NCBI RefSeq assembly: GCF_006345805.1
Contig: NC_042998.1
Coordinates: 113,832,001 to 113,896,000 of the forward strand
From: Octopus sinensis
Taxonomy: Eukaryota
Length of the DNA stretch: 64,000 nucleotides
Reading direction: 5' to 3'
The notes below the pieces were generated by a model. The model was given only the letters and a program-made list of their open reading frames with translations, had not been told where the DNA came from and searched no databases. Made by a program: the position numbers and the translations under genes. Shown piece by piece: positions 10,663-25,334 of this stretch (positions within the stretch are counted from its first letter, which is position 1; each line of letters begins with the position of its first letter).

Positions 10663-11574
10663 AAAACAAAAAGTGATAAACGCTTGTACAGCACAAGTAC
10701 CACTCTATGAGTCTCTGTGATCATTAACATGTGATAGGCCGAAATGAGACGACCACTAATCACAGAGAACCATCAGAGTATGCCTCCCATAGAAGGACGC
10801 TGTTGAAACATTTAGGAGTCCCTTATCCGATGGTTTTACTGTGTCACTTGATACCAAACAAGTGTATTTCTGTGTCATTCTGCGGCCTCATGCTCAGATG
10901 GATTGTCATCACATATGCTAGTTAACCCATAACTGCGGCCCTGAGTGGTGCTACTACTTTGGGTCAAAACAGATCTGGGAACAATAGTGCTTTAGAAGTG
11001 GTTCCCCACTCCTCGAAGGCTGGAAATCTCGAAAGAGCAACACTACTAGGTGCAGCTTAAAGTCATACTTAGGATACATACATATATACATAAAAATATA
11101 TATGCATATATACATACATATATGCTAAAGTGTGTAAAGAACAAACGAGGTAAAGATGACAGTTCTTTCAAAGCTAAACTTAATACATCTCACTTATATT
11201 GTCAAGAATTTTTGTATGTGTTATGAGTTATGTAAAGCATTAAGCTTAGCTTTGAAACATATGTAGTCTTTATTCACCTTTTCATTACTTTACTCTCCTT
11301 AATTTATATTTGACTAATTAGCAAGTTTATTTGATGCATCATGAGCTGTACAGTGGCTGTCAGCTTATTGAAATTTCCATCTATTTCGATATAGGACGAA
11401 GTGTATGACATAGGCCAGTTCTTAAACTTTCTTTGTATACTATCGGCTTGTTGTCATCTATACAAGCTGTATACATGCTTAATGCTTACAAACTTCCTGT
11501 GCGGGATCTTTTCAGATCGAACTACTGTCTTACACACGCGCGCGCACACACACATACACACATTCACGCACACA

Positions 11575-11577
11575 TGT

Positions 11578-11650
<73 letters not shown>

Positions 11651-11750
11651 ATATGTATATATTATATATATGTATATATATATATATATTATATATATAT
11701 ATATGTATATTTATATATATGTATACACACACACACACACACACACATAT
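11575..11750. repeat. (AT)n microsatellite
   Basis: Direct reading of the sequence. Confidence 0.96.
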
Positions 11751-12771
11751 ATCTGCATATGTATCATATAGTATATATATGCGTGTGTGTGTGTGTGTGC
11801 ATGTGTGCGTATGCGTACATATACACTCATACTCTCAAGCAAACACACGCGTATATAGCCGTAAATTTGGCAAGACAAAAAGGTGGAGAGGGAGGGAGAG
11901 AAAGAAATTGGCCAGAACATAGTCTATACACGTATACACGTGTCAGTTAGTAAGATGAGGGTGTTAATCCTTTACATAGATCTTCTCTTCACACCACACT
12001 TTAAAGCTTTTTCTCCAATTAACCCGTAGAGTATTGTGAGGCTGCTATTATAGCGAAAACATTCTGAAACTACACAACAACAGCAGCAGCAGCAACAACA
12101 ACAACATCAACAACAGCAACAACAATAACAAGAGAAAAAGGAACAATAATATGCATCTCCTATAAGCAAGATATTATTTCGTAATTTTTCTCTCTGCCAA
12201 GTTTTTTGCATTTTGCTTGTTGAATTTTCTGTTGAAGGGCGTCATATAACAATATGCTTAAAGCAGGCATATTTTCATATAACGTCGGTCGATGTTGTTT
12301 AACCTATGGTCAAAAACTGGTTGCTTTACCTGTTTTTGGTCTATATTTACCATCTTTGTCAAGGTATACAAAACACCATTTCGCTTTCGCGTTTGGTTTC
12401 GAGCAACATTTTAATGTGAACTTGTGTGTTGATGCAAATTTACTTATCCCTCGGGAGGGTCATATGTCAATAATAAACACACGCACTGGTTGTATTTCAC
12501 TTCTTTCATTTTTACTAGTCAGTTGTTTAATCATTTAACCAACGAGACAGACCTGAAGCAGACCTGGGGTTGAAAGCGTTTCCTTGAGGAGGTCGTGAAT
12601 AGCGACAAAAGGATTTTGATAACTTTCGCTGATTCTTTGATCAACGTAGCAATTAATCAAACTACCGTAAGCGTAAGTGCAGAGATACCAAGGATCAACT
12701 CCTGGTAGGCAAAACTGTACTTAGATACTGCAAGAGGAGGAAAACTAACTTAGCCATGTCATGGATCAATT

Positions 12772-12994
12772 ATGGTAGTAGTACCAATGATTGTAAGAGC
12801 CCTGAGAACAGTAAGTAAAAATCCTGAGAAGTACATGGAACAAATAGGGGCTGCAGGAAGGGTGAAGCACTTGCAGAAAAACAGCACTGTTTGGAATAGC
12901 GCGAAAAATAAGGGATGTTACCTTAGTTGACTGGTAGTGAACAGCTGACACCGCAGTACATCCACAGCGTTAGAAGCTGTGCAAAGACAATAAA

Positions 12995-13050
<56 letters not shown>
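12772..13050 (+). mobile_element. R4/Dong-like (REL endonuclease) LINE 3' end with (TAA)n tail
   Basis: Frame from 12775 reads [48 protein letters not shown], resembling the VPIVIGALG...LQKTALLGTARI C-terminus of R4-clade proteins; followed by (TAA)n. Confidence 0.7.
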
Positions 13051-13053
<3 letters not shown>

Positions 13054-14749
13054 GAATACGATAAACTTTATCATAAGGCAAAAAACAAAAGCAATCTGAC
13101 ATTACTGAAAAGATACAAGATTTTAGATTTACCTTAGATGACAAGAAATGAAATCCATTTTCGCTATTGTAGAATTAAACTTTATTCTTGATTGGTTTTA
13201 GTATTACGTACTTTCTGAATTTTCGATGGATTTTTTTTCAAATCCAACGTGTTGTCGTCGTCATCGTCGTCGTTGTCCTCCTCCTCCTCCTCCTCCCTCC
13301 TCCGTTTATAGTTTTGTCATTTCAAAATTACCTTACTGTGAACTTTTCATGCTTAACCAATTGCCCTCCTCCGCTATCATACTGAGCATCTTGTGATGAT
13401 TTTTAATTCGACCCTACTCAATCCATTCTTTACTCTTTTAGATTTCTATAACCAAATGTCGGTTGTCCTAATTAGATTTAACTCCAACTAATCGTAGTTA
13501 TACGTTAGAAATTTACAGTTGTATCTAACAGTTAGTTTCTCTGGTTTGATTTTTTTTGTGTGTTTGTTGTTTGCTGCTGCTTCTGCAATTTATCGTCAAT
13601 TTATCGTCAATCTCAGCAGAATAAGTATTCGCCGTCGTTGTACCGTTCTTTCAACATCATCGGTTTTATATCAAACAAAACTGACTCAATGACAGTCTTT
13701 CACCATCGTCGACACCGCCACCACCACCACCACCACCACCACCACCACCACCACCGCCACTGCCGCCACCGCCACCGCCACCGCCGCCGCCACCGCCACC
13801 ATCACCAGCACTGTCATAGAAAATCGCCGACGCATCTATCTCCGATCACCAATTAGCCATTCAGCGTAGATCAAAATAAGTACAAGATATTCCAACTCTA
13901 TATTCTTCAAATCATAGTCTTCTTCTCTGTTACAAATTATCATTTCTAGATAAAACATCCAATAAAAAAAAGACAACTACAAGAGAAAACAACAGCAACA
14001 ATTACATTGAATCCACCACCATTCACGTCACTTTGATGAAAAGTTCTGTCCATTGGAACTATAGTTTTAAGATTTCCGTAAGCGGATAAAGAGAAAGAGT
14101 TTGGTCTCTTATGTGAAATATACGGAAGAAGGAAGAACTTTCTGTTTGCTTACTTGATAATTCTACTAATCAATGGAACAATGGGAAACATACGTCTATG
14201 AAACAAAGAGTGAGGTTAGGTTGGCATCAGTTCAATATTGAATTTGTTTGACTCAGAAATTGGCTTGTATAATAATAAATAAATAGGATAGCGAGAATTC
14301 AATAAAGTGAACAAATACATCAGTGATTTTTAAACCCTAAGTGAATTGGACATGAATTACGTGTATGGAACGTATACATTTGGAAGTTAAATATCGAATG
14401 TTGTCTGGTTAAATGGCATTGACTTTAAGAAAGGGTATAAAATGTGCAGCCTAAGTGAATTATTGATAATGTTGGATGACATTTGTCGTGTTTTCTCAAA
14501 TAGGGAATAACTTTACGTAAATATTTCACAGGAAATATGGACATATGCCCAGGTCCGGATCAATGCAGCTTTACAGTAATTATAAACTGCTGGATTATAT
14601 AGTTTTCGTAGTCAAAAGTCGATAAAGTTCGTTTTGATTTATTCAGTATCCTTCAGATGAAAGTTTCTCAGCCTGATTCTCTTCCAATTATTAATTACTG
14701 CTTAAAATAGAAACACAATGATGATGAAGATGGTAATAATAATCTGATC

Positions 14750-15099
14750 ACGAGCAGAAGTAGTGGGGGAGCATCATAGCCATGTGTTGAGAGGGATTCT
14801 TTTGGGTTTGAATAATTCACCTCTGGAAACATGGGTGGTTCTTTCAACATCCTTAAACAACCCTTATTCAGGGACCTTTTGAGCGGGATGGGCTACTCAA
14901 CCTGAAGAAAATTCTAACTGGGCCCCACCTGCAAGGTCATGTGCTGTTTATCTTGATATGAGATCACCATGTCGCGCACATATGGTTGTGATGCATGTGC
15001 CTGGTGTACCCTTATCAAACGGGTAGTCATGATGGGTATATTGGGCTTCGTATATTTTACCCCAGTGTCATTTTGATGGCATGAACTGCTCTCTCACTC

Positions 15100-15130
<31 letters not shown>
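14750..15130 (+). repeat. Unclassified interspersed repeat ending in (AAT)n
   Basis: GC-richer 370-bp block with an (AAT)n tail; resembles a retroposon 3' end but there is only one copy in the window. Confidence 0.4.
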
Positions 15131-15134
<4 letters not shown>

Positions 15135-15135
<1 letters not shown>

Positions 15136-15512
15136 CCTTTCTAATGTAGGCACAAGGCCTGAAATTTCGGGGAAAGGGACTAGTCGATTACATCGACCGC
15201 TGTCTTTCACCGGCACTTAATTCATTGACCCGAAAGGATAAATGGCAAAGTCGACCTCGGTGGAATTTGAACTGAGAACGCAGCGACGGGTGAAATACCT
15301 ATTTCTATTTCTTTATTACCTACAAAGGGCTAAACACAGAGAGGACAAACAAGGACAGACTAACGGATTAAGTCGATTATATCGACCCCGGTGCGTAACT
15401 GGTACTTATTTAATCGACCCCTCGGCGGAATTTGAACTCAGAATGTAGCGGCAGACGAAATACCGCTAAGCATTTCGCCCAGCATGCTAACGATTCTGCC
15501 AGCTCGCTGCCT
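15135..15512 (-). mobile_element. SINE family C nested dimer
   Basis: Head GAATCGTTAGCATGCTGGG, tail-1 unit, junction GAAATAGGTATTTC at about 15292, diverged tail-2 unit; inserted in (AAT)n. Confidence 0.88.
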
Positions 15513-15513
15513 C

Positions 15514-15532
15514 CATAATAATAATCATAATG

Positions 15533-15623
<91 letters not shown>

Positions 15624-15675
15624 GATGATGATGATGATGATGACGACGACGACGACGACGATGATGATAATAATG
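15514..15675. repeat. (AAT)n-(GAT)n-(GAC)n microsatellite
   Basis: Direct reading; abuts the 3' end of the L1/Tx1 element. Confidence 0.96.
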
Positions 15676-18058
15676 TTTGTTTATTAAATGCTAAAAGCAT
15701 TTAAGACAAAACAACTGGAAAGGACAGTGGGAATTTGCGATAAAAACTATAACCCGAAAATCATAGCAATAAAAGTCTCTATTAAGGGGAAATACCACTT
15801 GGGGGCGACCAAGGAATCCTACAGATTCCAAATCACCCTGATGGTCCGGAGTGCTAACTCCACAAGTCAGCAATGCTTGGTCGTTGTACGTGTGCGTAAT
15901 GAACAGTTTCGTCTCTCTGCATTTAGGACAGGCCCGACTAACGGCACTGCCATGCTTGTAGAGTTTATCCTGAAACGGGAATGTCGCTTCTAGAAATTAT
16001 CCATGGGCCCCGGCCTGAAAGTCCTCTGGAAAAAGACTAGCCTGTTGATTTTCCTCGATGCCCAGAGTTTCCCTGAGATCATCATCAATCTTACCCACCA
16101 TTAATCCTTTATGAAATCCCATGAACATCCACTGACCACATTGCTCGACTAGCAAAAGAAGCTTATGAACACCTAATGACACTCTAGGTGCGAAGCTCGC
16201 TGCCTCGGTCTATGCTTGGTCCATGACTGCAGCTCTGTTAAAGAGACGAGTTGAGGAAAAATATATCTGGGAAACGGTGATCACACCTGTCCACCACCAA
16301 GGAAACACTGGAGATGCCGTAACCTCAGCGGCTGTCTACGCATCATTAGGCACGGTATGCTCAGTTTTCCACGCAGAGCATGTTGACTGTAAATGGACCG
16401 TCTGTACAGCAGACCACGTCGCTTACCCAGAAAGCGGAAGAGCAGGCATTCTATCCTGGTCAGCCATGAAGCGGGACAAGGCACAATGGCCATGAAATAG
16501 ATGTGATGTAGGCATTCGCCACCTCTACTCGACCTTTCAAAAACAATTTACTTTCGGCTGATTTCTGGTTGAGAACAGACGTCTTGCTCGTCACCTCTTC
16601 TCATTTCTTGTCCATCTGGTGGTCTGGAAGAAACCAAACCCCAAGCAATCTAACTGGTTACTCAGTACGGCGTTCCACGGCGTTGTTCGAGGGTCTTGAC
16701 TTGAAACTCCAGGTGTTGAGTTGCAAGCCCAAATACTTCTGCTTACTTTTCGATCTGGTCACCGCCGCGTATTCTCTTAGAGTAGTGCCGATTACCTCGA
16801 CGTGTTTAGTGACACTATTACAGTGATGTCATCCGCATATGCTAACATATATTTTCCGCTTGCTAAATTTCGTGGTATATTCATCAAAATCTCCAACTTC
16901 TACTGTAGTTGATCTAGAGTCAGTACATACAGAAGAGGAGAGTGGATCATCCTTGACGAATCGAAGGCCTGATACTGAATTGTCATTTACTCTGACTATC
17001 GAACAAATATTGTACATCACTGCTTCTAAAGACGGGTTCGAAATCAATTGTCTTGAGGACAGCTGCTAAGTATTGATAATCGACCATATCGAAAGCTTTC
17101 GATTGATCTAAATTGATCTCACTCATACCAGTTAACTTACGTGCCTTTTCTACAGTGCATCGCGAGGTTTATCATGTATAGACCACTTTGGAATGACATC
17201 TACTTGCGCATCCTCGATAATACCACCAATCTCTTGGCTGATTCTAGAACCCTGCACTTATCAGGGCCTAAAATAATCGAAGTCTGCTCCAATTCTAGAG
17301 GCTTTTCTCTACAGGACCACTACATCACGGCTTACAGGACAAGGAATTCACCCGATCTGTTTCCAGTTACCGTAGACATTTGCCAAGAGGTCACTAAATG
17401 GCTTATAAAAGTAAGTCACGTAGGGAAGACCATTCAGCCTCAGCCCCAACCCCAGCGACGCTTCCAAGCAGCCAGTTCATGCCTCCTGCATTTCATTGGC
17501 TGTTATCAACCTTACTCATTTCTCTGCATTCCTAGTCAGAACCGGAGCAAGCTGTCGAGGTGGGCTGTAAGGTCCATCTCCATCTCTGACACGTCACCTG
17601 CTCCGAACATTTGAGCGGAGTGCCGCTGAAATGCTATACTGCTTAGAATCAGGTAGCACATGTCGCTCTCGGTTCGTTAAAGACTGCATTGTGGCTTTGA
17701 TGCCAGCTACTGGAGCCCATCGAACGGATTTTATTCCCTCATTTTTTAGAACACGTGCCCTAGTTCTGATAATGCAAACTTCGTGATTCGTATGGGGGCT
17801 TGGTTAAGAATTAATCTCGTCGCAAGGACTTCGGTCGCGACCCCTTTCCTCAACCACTCCTCAAGGTTCCTAACTAGAGTTTGTCTAGACTCCTCTATCT
17901 CTCTTTCCTTGCTAAATATTATCAACTCTAATCCAATAGCCATTTTCAGGGCTAGCAGTCATCAGTTGTTGATGACGTCCCCTGTCAATACCTGCTTTGC
18001 TAATCAGGACTCGGTAAGAATGGCGCGCAGACTAGAGAAAAAAGCGTGATTCGGTCCC
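15676..18058 (-). mobile_element. L1/Tx1-clade LINE, degenerate and 5'-truncated
   Basis: Minus-strand YADD at 16828-16839 (VLAYADDITV); LVRNLEEWLRKGVATEVLATRL; TLREYAAVT; LKGRVEVANAYI; LRLRHLQCFL; many stops and frameshifts. Confidence 0.8.
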
Positions 18059-19369
18059 CCACAACAACAACAATAATAAAGCAGAATAAAACCAAATAAA
18101 GGGCTGTTCATTAATACATAGATGAAGGAAGAGGTTAGCTATAGTTTGTGAAAAATTCACTTGAGATCTTAGGCACATCTCTCTTTCGATAAAATTCTGC
18201 TTTATCGCAGCTGACGCTTCGCAGAATCCAGATAAATCTGCGGTCTTATTTCTAGCTAAATAAATCTAACAAAACAAAGAAAAAAAGAAACAATGTAGAA
18301 CCATGTAAAAGCTAAAGAAAAATAATTGAACTCACGAAATAAGATATGAGCATATGACCTCTGATATTGAAGAGTATCTCTATAACCACTCAGTCATTCC
18401 GTTTTCAAGTGGTAATGAATATTAAACTGACCTATTCCTAAGAAGAAAAGAAAAAGAGATGAGAAAATGTAAGGATTAGGCATTAGAATATTATTTGCTT
18501 ATTTCTCTTCGTCTCTCCTTCTCTTCTCCCCCTTCCTCTTCCTCTCCTCCTGTCTCAATTTCATCAAGTTAATCTATTTACAATATCTTCATTTCCGTCT
18601 CTTATCATTCTTTGCTGACTTTTTTTCTTTTTTTAATAGAATTCTTTATTTTTGTTTCTTTGGTTTATTTCATATACCGGGTCAAAATAAATCCAAAGTG
18701 TATTTTTTCTCGAGGTATCGCATGGGAAGATATTGTCAATCCCCCGAACTGTGAGTCCCAGCGTGAAATATCACAACTAAAATTCTGTTCATTGATCTTT
18801 AGCTTAATACACTGTCCGTCACGTGTGATGTGCAAACTTAATGTCTCAAGGAGGGTGGCAATGCAGGAAAATGGACGTTGTTACCCAGGAGGAAAGGCAA
18901 CTGCTTTGTGCGTCATTAAGAAATGCCGACGAGTCTAGAGGCGTGGTTTGTGATGTATGGTGGTAGCGAGTGGAATCCATCAAGCCAGTTACCTTGAGCA
19001 AGGAACATGCTGGTATTATAATAGTCAGCAAAGGTTCTAGAGATTTTAGTAAATTCTGAACTGTTCCGTTTATCAGTTGATGAAAGAGATATGCTTTCTA
19101 TGATTCAGTATCTTAATTTAGCATCAAAACAAATGACCAATATATCATACGATTTTTATTAAGGAAAGGAGCAGTGAGGTTTGTACAAAATAAATATTAG
19201 GCCGTCAGCAGATACTTTATAGCTTCTTTGGAGATAAATCATTTAAAGCTTTTCTCTTAAGGAATATACAGATAGTTTCTGTAATAGATGATGGTCTTTT
19301 TCTTTACGACATATTTACAATAAACACGATGAAACACTTTTGATATTTATTTGGAAATCTGTACCTGTT

Positions 19370-19505
<136 letters not shown>

Positions 19506-20154
19506 TGTCTGTCTGTCAGTTTGTCAGTCTGTTTTCTAGTTTTCTATCTAACTATACGTCAATCTGTATATAAAAATCTTGCATATATAAGCATTCCTAA
19601 GACCTATAAGTTCGTATATATGCGTTTTATATATATGTGTGCACCACTTAATCAATTCTCTATATGCATATTATATGTAAGAGAATATAATTCTATTTTT
19701 AGCAGTCTACATGCATAGCTTTTTTATCTATACATACATATATACATACACATATTCTATATATCAGTTTGCATATATATATATATGTATATATATTATA
19801 TAAACACAAATACCTAATACACACGTACACACACATACACACACATACATACATACAGCTATGTATCTTTTTCCATATATAATATCTAATAAATAATTAG
19901 AATTACATTTACCGGCATATACATAAAATTATAAACAAATACATACGCATATACAGGGGCACAAATGCATTTCTGAAGAGAAACTCATATACACCCATAC
20001 ACCTACACTCATACACAATCATAATCATGTTCATACTGATAAGTAACCAGACACACAAACAGATGCATTCATTCACTAACAAAGCATGACGTTATACCAT
20101 TTGTATAGGTGTACCTCAATATACTTCCCTGCATTTACGCACAAACACTTAAGG

Positions 20155-20315
20155 TGATGGTTCTCCCGTCAGTTTGGATGATGAGTATTCAGTTGTTTGA
20201 TCAACTGAACTACATGTTCATTAGAATAAGAGTCTAACTGGCTAAGTATTCTGAAGATATGTGTGTGCTTAACGTAATCCCCTTACAGAATTAGCGTGAA
20301 TCAATGTTTGACAAA
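20155..20315 (-). mobile_element. SINE family E remnant
   Basis: CCCGTCAGTTTGGATGATGAGTATTCAGTTGTTTGATCAACTGAAC...CTTAACGTAATCC resembles 40610-40740. Confidence 0.55.
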
Positions 20316-22623
20316 TCTGGGCATTTTTTTAAAGTACAATCTATAAGACAGGTTTTCAAACAGTTTCTACCTATCCAGTTTCACTCACAAAGCTTGAACC
20401 GATCTGAAACTATGTTGAATCTCACTTCCCACCATGTCACTCAGTTATGAATCCTACATCGAAAGTACCATCAGACAATACAAATATGGGTTAAAGAACG
20501 TATTTATGCTAATGCTTCTTCCACCAAAAATCACCCACGGAAATGTTACACCCAAGACTTCTAGGTTTCCATTGAATTCACGGAACGAAACATTGGGAAC
20601 TTGAGAATAAAAGAAGCCATTATTAGTAGCAAGACCAACCCACATATTAACAACAAAACCAAACTGCACGCAATTGATTAGTTTCTATCTTACGCATGCA
20701 AAGAAACCTTTCATATACACGCAGTACAACTCAGAGAAGTCAGTTCATAACATTCTATTTGAATCACTGGTACCAATCATAATCTTGTACCTGGCTTAAA
20801 CACTCGATGACACAAGCTCTTGCAATATTTGCAAAGAAGTCGCCGTAAATTTAAAGTAGAATTTGACGCAATCTTGCATCTATTCCAAGTTCTTCATTTT
20901 AAAACTTGGGAAAAATCGCAAAGTGTATTAAATATAGCTTTACTTTAGCTGTGTACAACGATGATCGAGCACAAAAGGACATAGATTTAGTACTGACAGA
21001 TATGACTAAATGGTTTAAACTGTAAAATAACGCGTAGAAAGTATACACTTGATTCTAGACCCAAATCTTGTTTCCGATCAGTAAAATTCCTTGTAAATAA
21101 GTGGATTGATTAATAAATGTTCCCAAAAATCCTGACCATAAAATTGCAAGCGAAAAGCTTTCGTTTTTTTTTTTGAGAGATAACGGCATTACCACTCTGT
21201 CCAGTTGTCATTGATCTGGATCGTATAAAAGAAATCAGGTCTGAAGACACGACCAGAGGTAGAGAGATAGATTGGGGAACAGAGAACAGGCACAGTCATG
21301 AGTTTAGTGATGTTCAAATTCAGCTAGTGTTTAACAGTTTTGTCAAAATGAAGATCTTTCAAAAGTACTATATACACTAACACTAGCACAAACTACTTTC
21401 ACAGGAACATCCTTACTTCTCTCTGAACACATACTACTACTATAAACAGAACTCTCTGAGTAATTCATTTGTTTCCCATTGGACCGTGGCGTCCGATACA
21501 ATAATCTGACGATAAACATATAATGAACTGAAAACGGACAACTACTTTTCTCATCCATCCACTCTGCCCTCGTTCATGCGGTAACGTATATATTCCCTGT
21601 TGTTACATCTGCGACTTCATTATACGTAAATGTATGTGAGAATACTGAAATCGCACATTAACCTATACGTTTTAAAGCTGATCATATTTTAGAATACCAA
21701 TTAAGTTTATGCTAACATCTAGTTAAACTAATTAAATGTTAATTTAAGGGAACTACAGAATTATCTCCTGTGTTCCAGTGATATAAATGTATTCGAAACA
21801 ATGACTGTTGCTCTTCCATTCTTCTTTAGTTTTCTTTTTCTTTTTCTTAGCTATTGATTTCGGATACCTTCTCACTGCTAAGCCCATTAAGTTAATGTAA
21901 TTTAAGATTTAATGTTAGTATCGAATACCAGTTAGACAAGAGCTTGCGAATATATGCTATAATTCTGGATAGTTTTATGTTTATTTTTTTTTAAATCATA
22001 AGCGACCTATGCAAGAATGTGGTGTTGTGGCCTTTCTTCTTGTTCTTCGTTTTCCAATTGTATAATGTAGCTCCTCGTACGCAAATATACGTGCGCGCGC
22101 ACACACGTACGCACACACACACATGCACACACACACGTGCACACACACACACATTTATATCATTATTATATATATTTTTAGTTGTTTCTTTTATTTCAAC
22201 ATATTGAATAAAGCCTGTATCAGCAAGATCCTGGCTGATAACTGCTGCTAAGATTATAAAACCTAAAAACATATTTGTTTGTCGGATACATGTACGCACC
22301 TCCCACACACCCACACATACACGCATACACACACACACACACACACACACACAAATACACCACAATCTCTCTCTCACAGATACACGTGCATACTCATACA
22401 CATACACACATTCATACACACGCACACGTCGTTTGACAATACAGCTTCAGCTCTTCGGCCGATTGCATTACTTGCTCATGAAGTAACGTAGAAATGGCTG
22501 ACCATTCAAATATCTTTGTACCTTAACGTAATTGTCAGGGACAAACTATGTGGCACAAAATGTGGCAATAGTGCATTTTACTTGAATTTCAAATAGACTC
22601 CACCTCATGACGGGCATCCGTGA

Positions 22624-25125
22624 AGTTAGTTAGTTAGTTAGTTAGTTAATTTGGCTCAAAAGCAAATAGCAAGGCCATGTAGGGGGACATGGAGTTAAGT
22701 ACAGGGTGGTGTTCATGTAAAGAGTTCAGGCCACTTGAGGTCCAGGGAGGCTTTGAACAAAGCGGTCGTCGGCATCTTCACCATCTCGTCTGGCAGCTTG
22801 TTCCACGGATCCGCAACCCGGACGGAGAAAGCTCCTCTCCTTCGATTGAGATGAAATTGTCGCAGGTAGAGCTTTTCGGAATGACCCCGCAGCCGACGCT
22901 CCGGAGCAGGAGTGAAGAACAGCTCTTTCGAGAGGTACACTTCCCGCTTATGATGTTGTGGGCGAGAATGAGATCACCACGGCGGCGGCGTTTTTCAAGA
23001 GAACAAAGGTCGAGCGTCCTCAGCCTTCTTTCGTAGGACAAATTTTTGAGACCATGAACCATGCGGGTAGCCAGCCGCTGGACTCTTTCGAGGTGCTGTA
23101 TGTCTTTGAGGAGATAAGGAGAAGAGGCTTGAATCCCATACTCCAATATGGTCTCACCAGCGTGACATAGAGTGGCAGGAATATGGCTGCTGTGAGCATC
23201 CGAATGACCGTCGAATCAAAAACAGAATTCCGCGCGCTTTGTTGGCAGCATGGACGCACTGGGCGAAGGCGAAAAAGGAGGAATCCCCAAGATACCCAGG
23301 TCCTTTACCTGATCGGTCCTCTCCAGCAGCAGACGACCCGGCTCGAAATCAAGTTGAGTTGCAGGAGTAGAGCCGACAGGCAGATGACAGCACTTGACAC
23401 GTTCAGACACAGGTCCCAATCGTTAGACCACTTCCAAATTTGGTGAGGCATCGTCGAAGATCCTCTATACTACCGCGAGGAGCGACCAGTTTGATATCGT
23501 CGCAAATAGAAGGGTTGGTTGCGTGAGGTCGTCGGGCAAGTCATTTATGAAGACTAAGAACAACAAGGGCCCAAGCACTGAACCTTGAGGCACGCCACTG
23601 CTCGCACTGGAGACGTCGGACCCGCGAACCATTAACTTGAACTTGGAAGGAGCGATCTGAGAGGAAGGCACCAACCCATCGTACAATATCCGGATGGAAA
23701 CTATATGCTTGAAGCTGACAAGTAGTAGGCGGTGGTTTTACCGAGTCAAAAGCTTTGGCAAAGTCCAATAAAACGATGTCAACAGCATCACTATCATCGA
23801 GGATGCGCGTCACCAATTCTTCCATTACTAGTAAGTTGGTCAAGCATGATCTCTTCGGCACGAAGCCGTGTGGGAATCAGTGATCGAGGCTGTGTTTAGG
23901 AGGTGGGCATCATACTTTCTTAGGATGGTTTCGAACATCTGCTGATTATTGATGTAAGGGGAACACCGGTCGGTAGTAGTTAAGCGGGTCTTCGCGGCTC
24001 CCTTTCTTGAAAATGGGCAGATTATCGCTGTTCTCCAGTCTGCAGGTATAACACCCGTCGCCAATGACAATTGAATAGTCGTGTTAGGGCTCGCAGATGA
24101 CCGGAGCCAACGCTTTGATAACCGTGGGTGTATGCCGTCAGGGCCGTGACCTTGTTGACATCGAGGCTTGAATAAAACGTTTGACTTGGTCCCGCGTGAT
24201 GATCAATCGAAGCATTGGAGGTACCGATCTATCAAATGGAGGCGGTTCACGACCATCATCTTGTTTGAAAATAGTTGAAAAGCCTCGGCAAAATAATAAC
24301 TCTGTTGATAAGGGTCCTCAATCGATACGCCTGTTGAGTCTACCAACGTTGCAATCTGGTTGTTCAAGCGGAATTCCGCTGGACATGGGCAAAGAAGGTT
24401 TTTGGATTGCTACTGGCATTTGCCGCGATTTTGTATTCATAACTGAAGCGTTCTTTCTTTTCAATTTCACGGCTCGTCTCGTTGAGTTTTGTACACCTCA
24501 AAAAATGCAGTCGAATCCAGATTTTTGAATTCAGCCCAAGCAATATCTCTGAGTCGACGTTCCCGTTTAACCTTCTTCGTCACCCAGGGCTTGTGTTTCT
24601 TCCTCTTGGGAAGTCCAACGGGAACTGCCTGGTCAGTCAAACAGATTACATATGCTTTGAGGGATGACCATAGTTCGTCAACTGAGTTCGTCAACTGAGT
24701 TCGTCAACTGAGTTCGTCAACGTCATCAGGGAACGCCAGTCCAGAAGCGCGGAAGCCTCGGTTAGAATTTCAAGATTAATTGCAGAGAAGACTCTACGTG
24801 GCAGCGAAGTAATCGTGGGCGTGGAAAAAAGTGTGTGCATGACGAACTTCAGGACCGCATGATCACTCTTGGCAAGAGGGGCGCACACAGATACGTCTGA
24901 CACTGATCTTGGATTAGCGGGGAGAATACCAGATCTAGCATAGATGGCTGCTGCCCAGACCGATGCCTTGTCGGATATTCAACATGTGCGATAGAAAACA
25001 ATCTTCAGCCACGTCAAGAAGGGCCTGGCCGAACCGGGAAGATGTTGTACAAATTGATGCGGGCCAATCGATCGTGGGAGCGTTGAAGTCGCCTAGTACC
25101 AAGCAGTCGCCTAGTACCAAGTTTC
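22624..25125 (-). mobile_element. CR1-clade LINE, 5'-truncated, with (CTAA)n tail
   Basis: Endonuclease motif CLVLGDFNAP; RT motifs [38 protein letters not shown]; LERVQRLATRMV; RRRGDLI; WNKLP; multiple frameshifts. Confidence 0.93.
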
Positions 25126-25334
25126 CGTCTTCCCATTTTTATTCAGAAGGTATGGGCTCTCCGGGACTAAAAAATCCGACACTTACCCAAAAACCTATAC
25201 TGTGAAATCAAACCCCAGATATATTGGTTACGAATCAAACTGAACCTTTCGGCCATACAGCACCCACATATGTATATGTATATATGTGCATATATACATA
25301 CTTGTATAAATGTATGGATATATATATGTTCTTT

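Noticed and set aside
18700-19100. GC-richer block with short open frames, a possible host exon
   Set aside because: No recognisable protein motif in any frame I translated; splice signals are weak; cannot be supported without transcripts.
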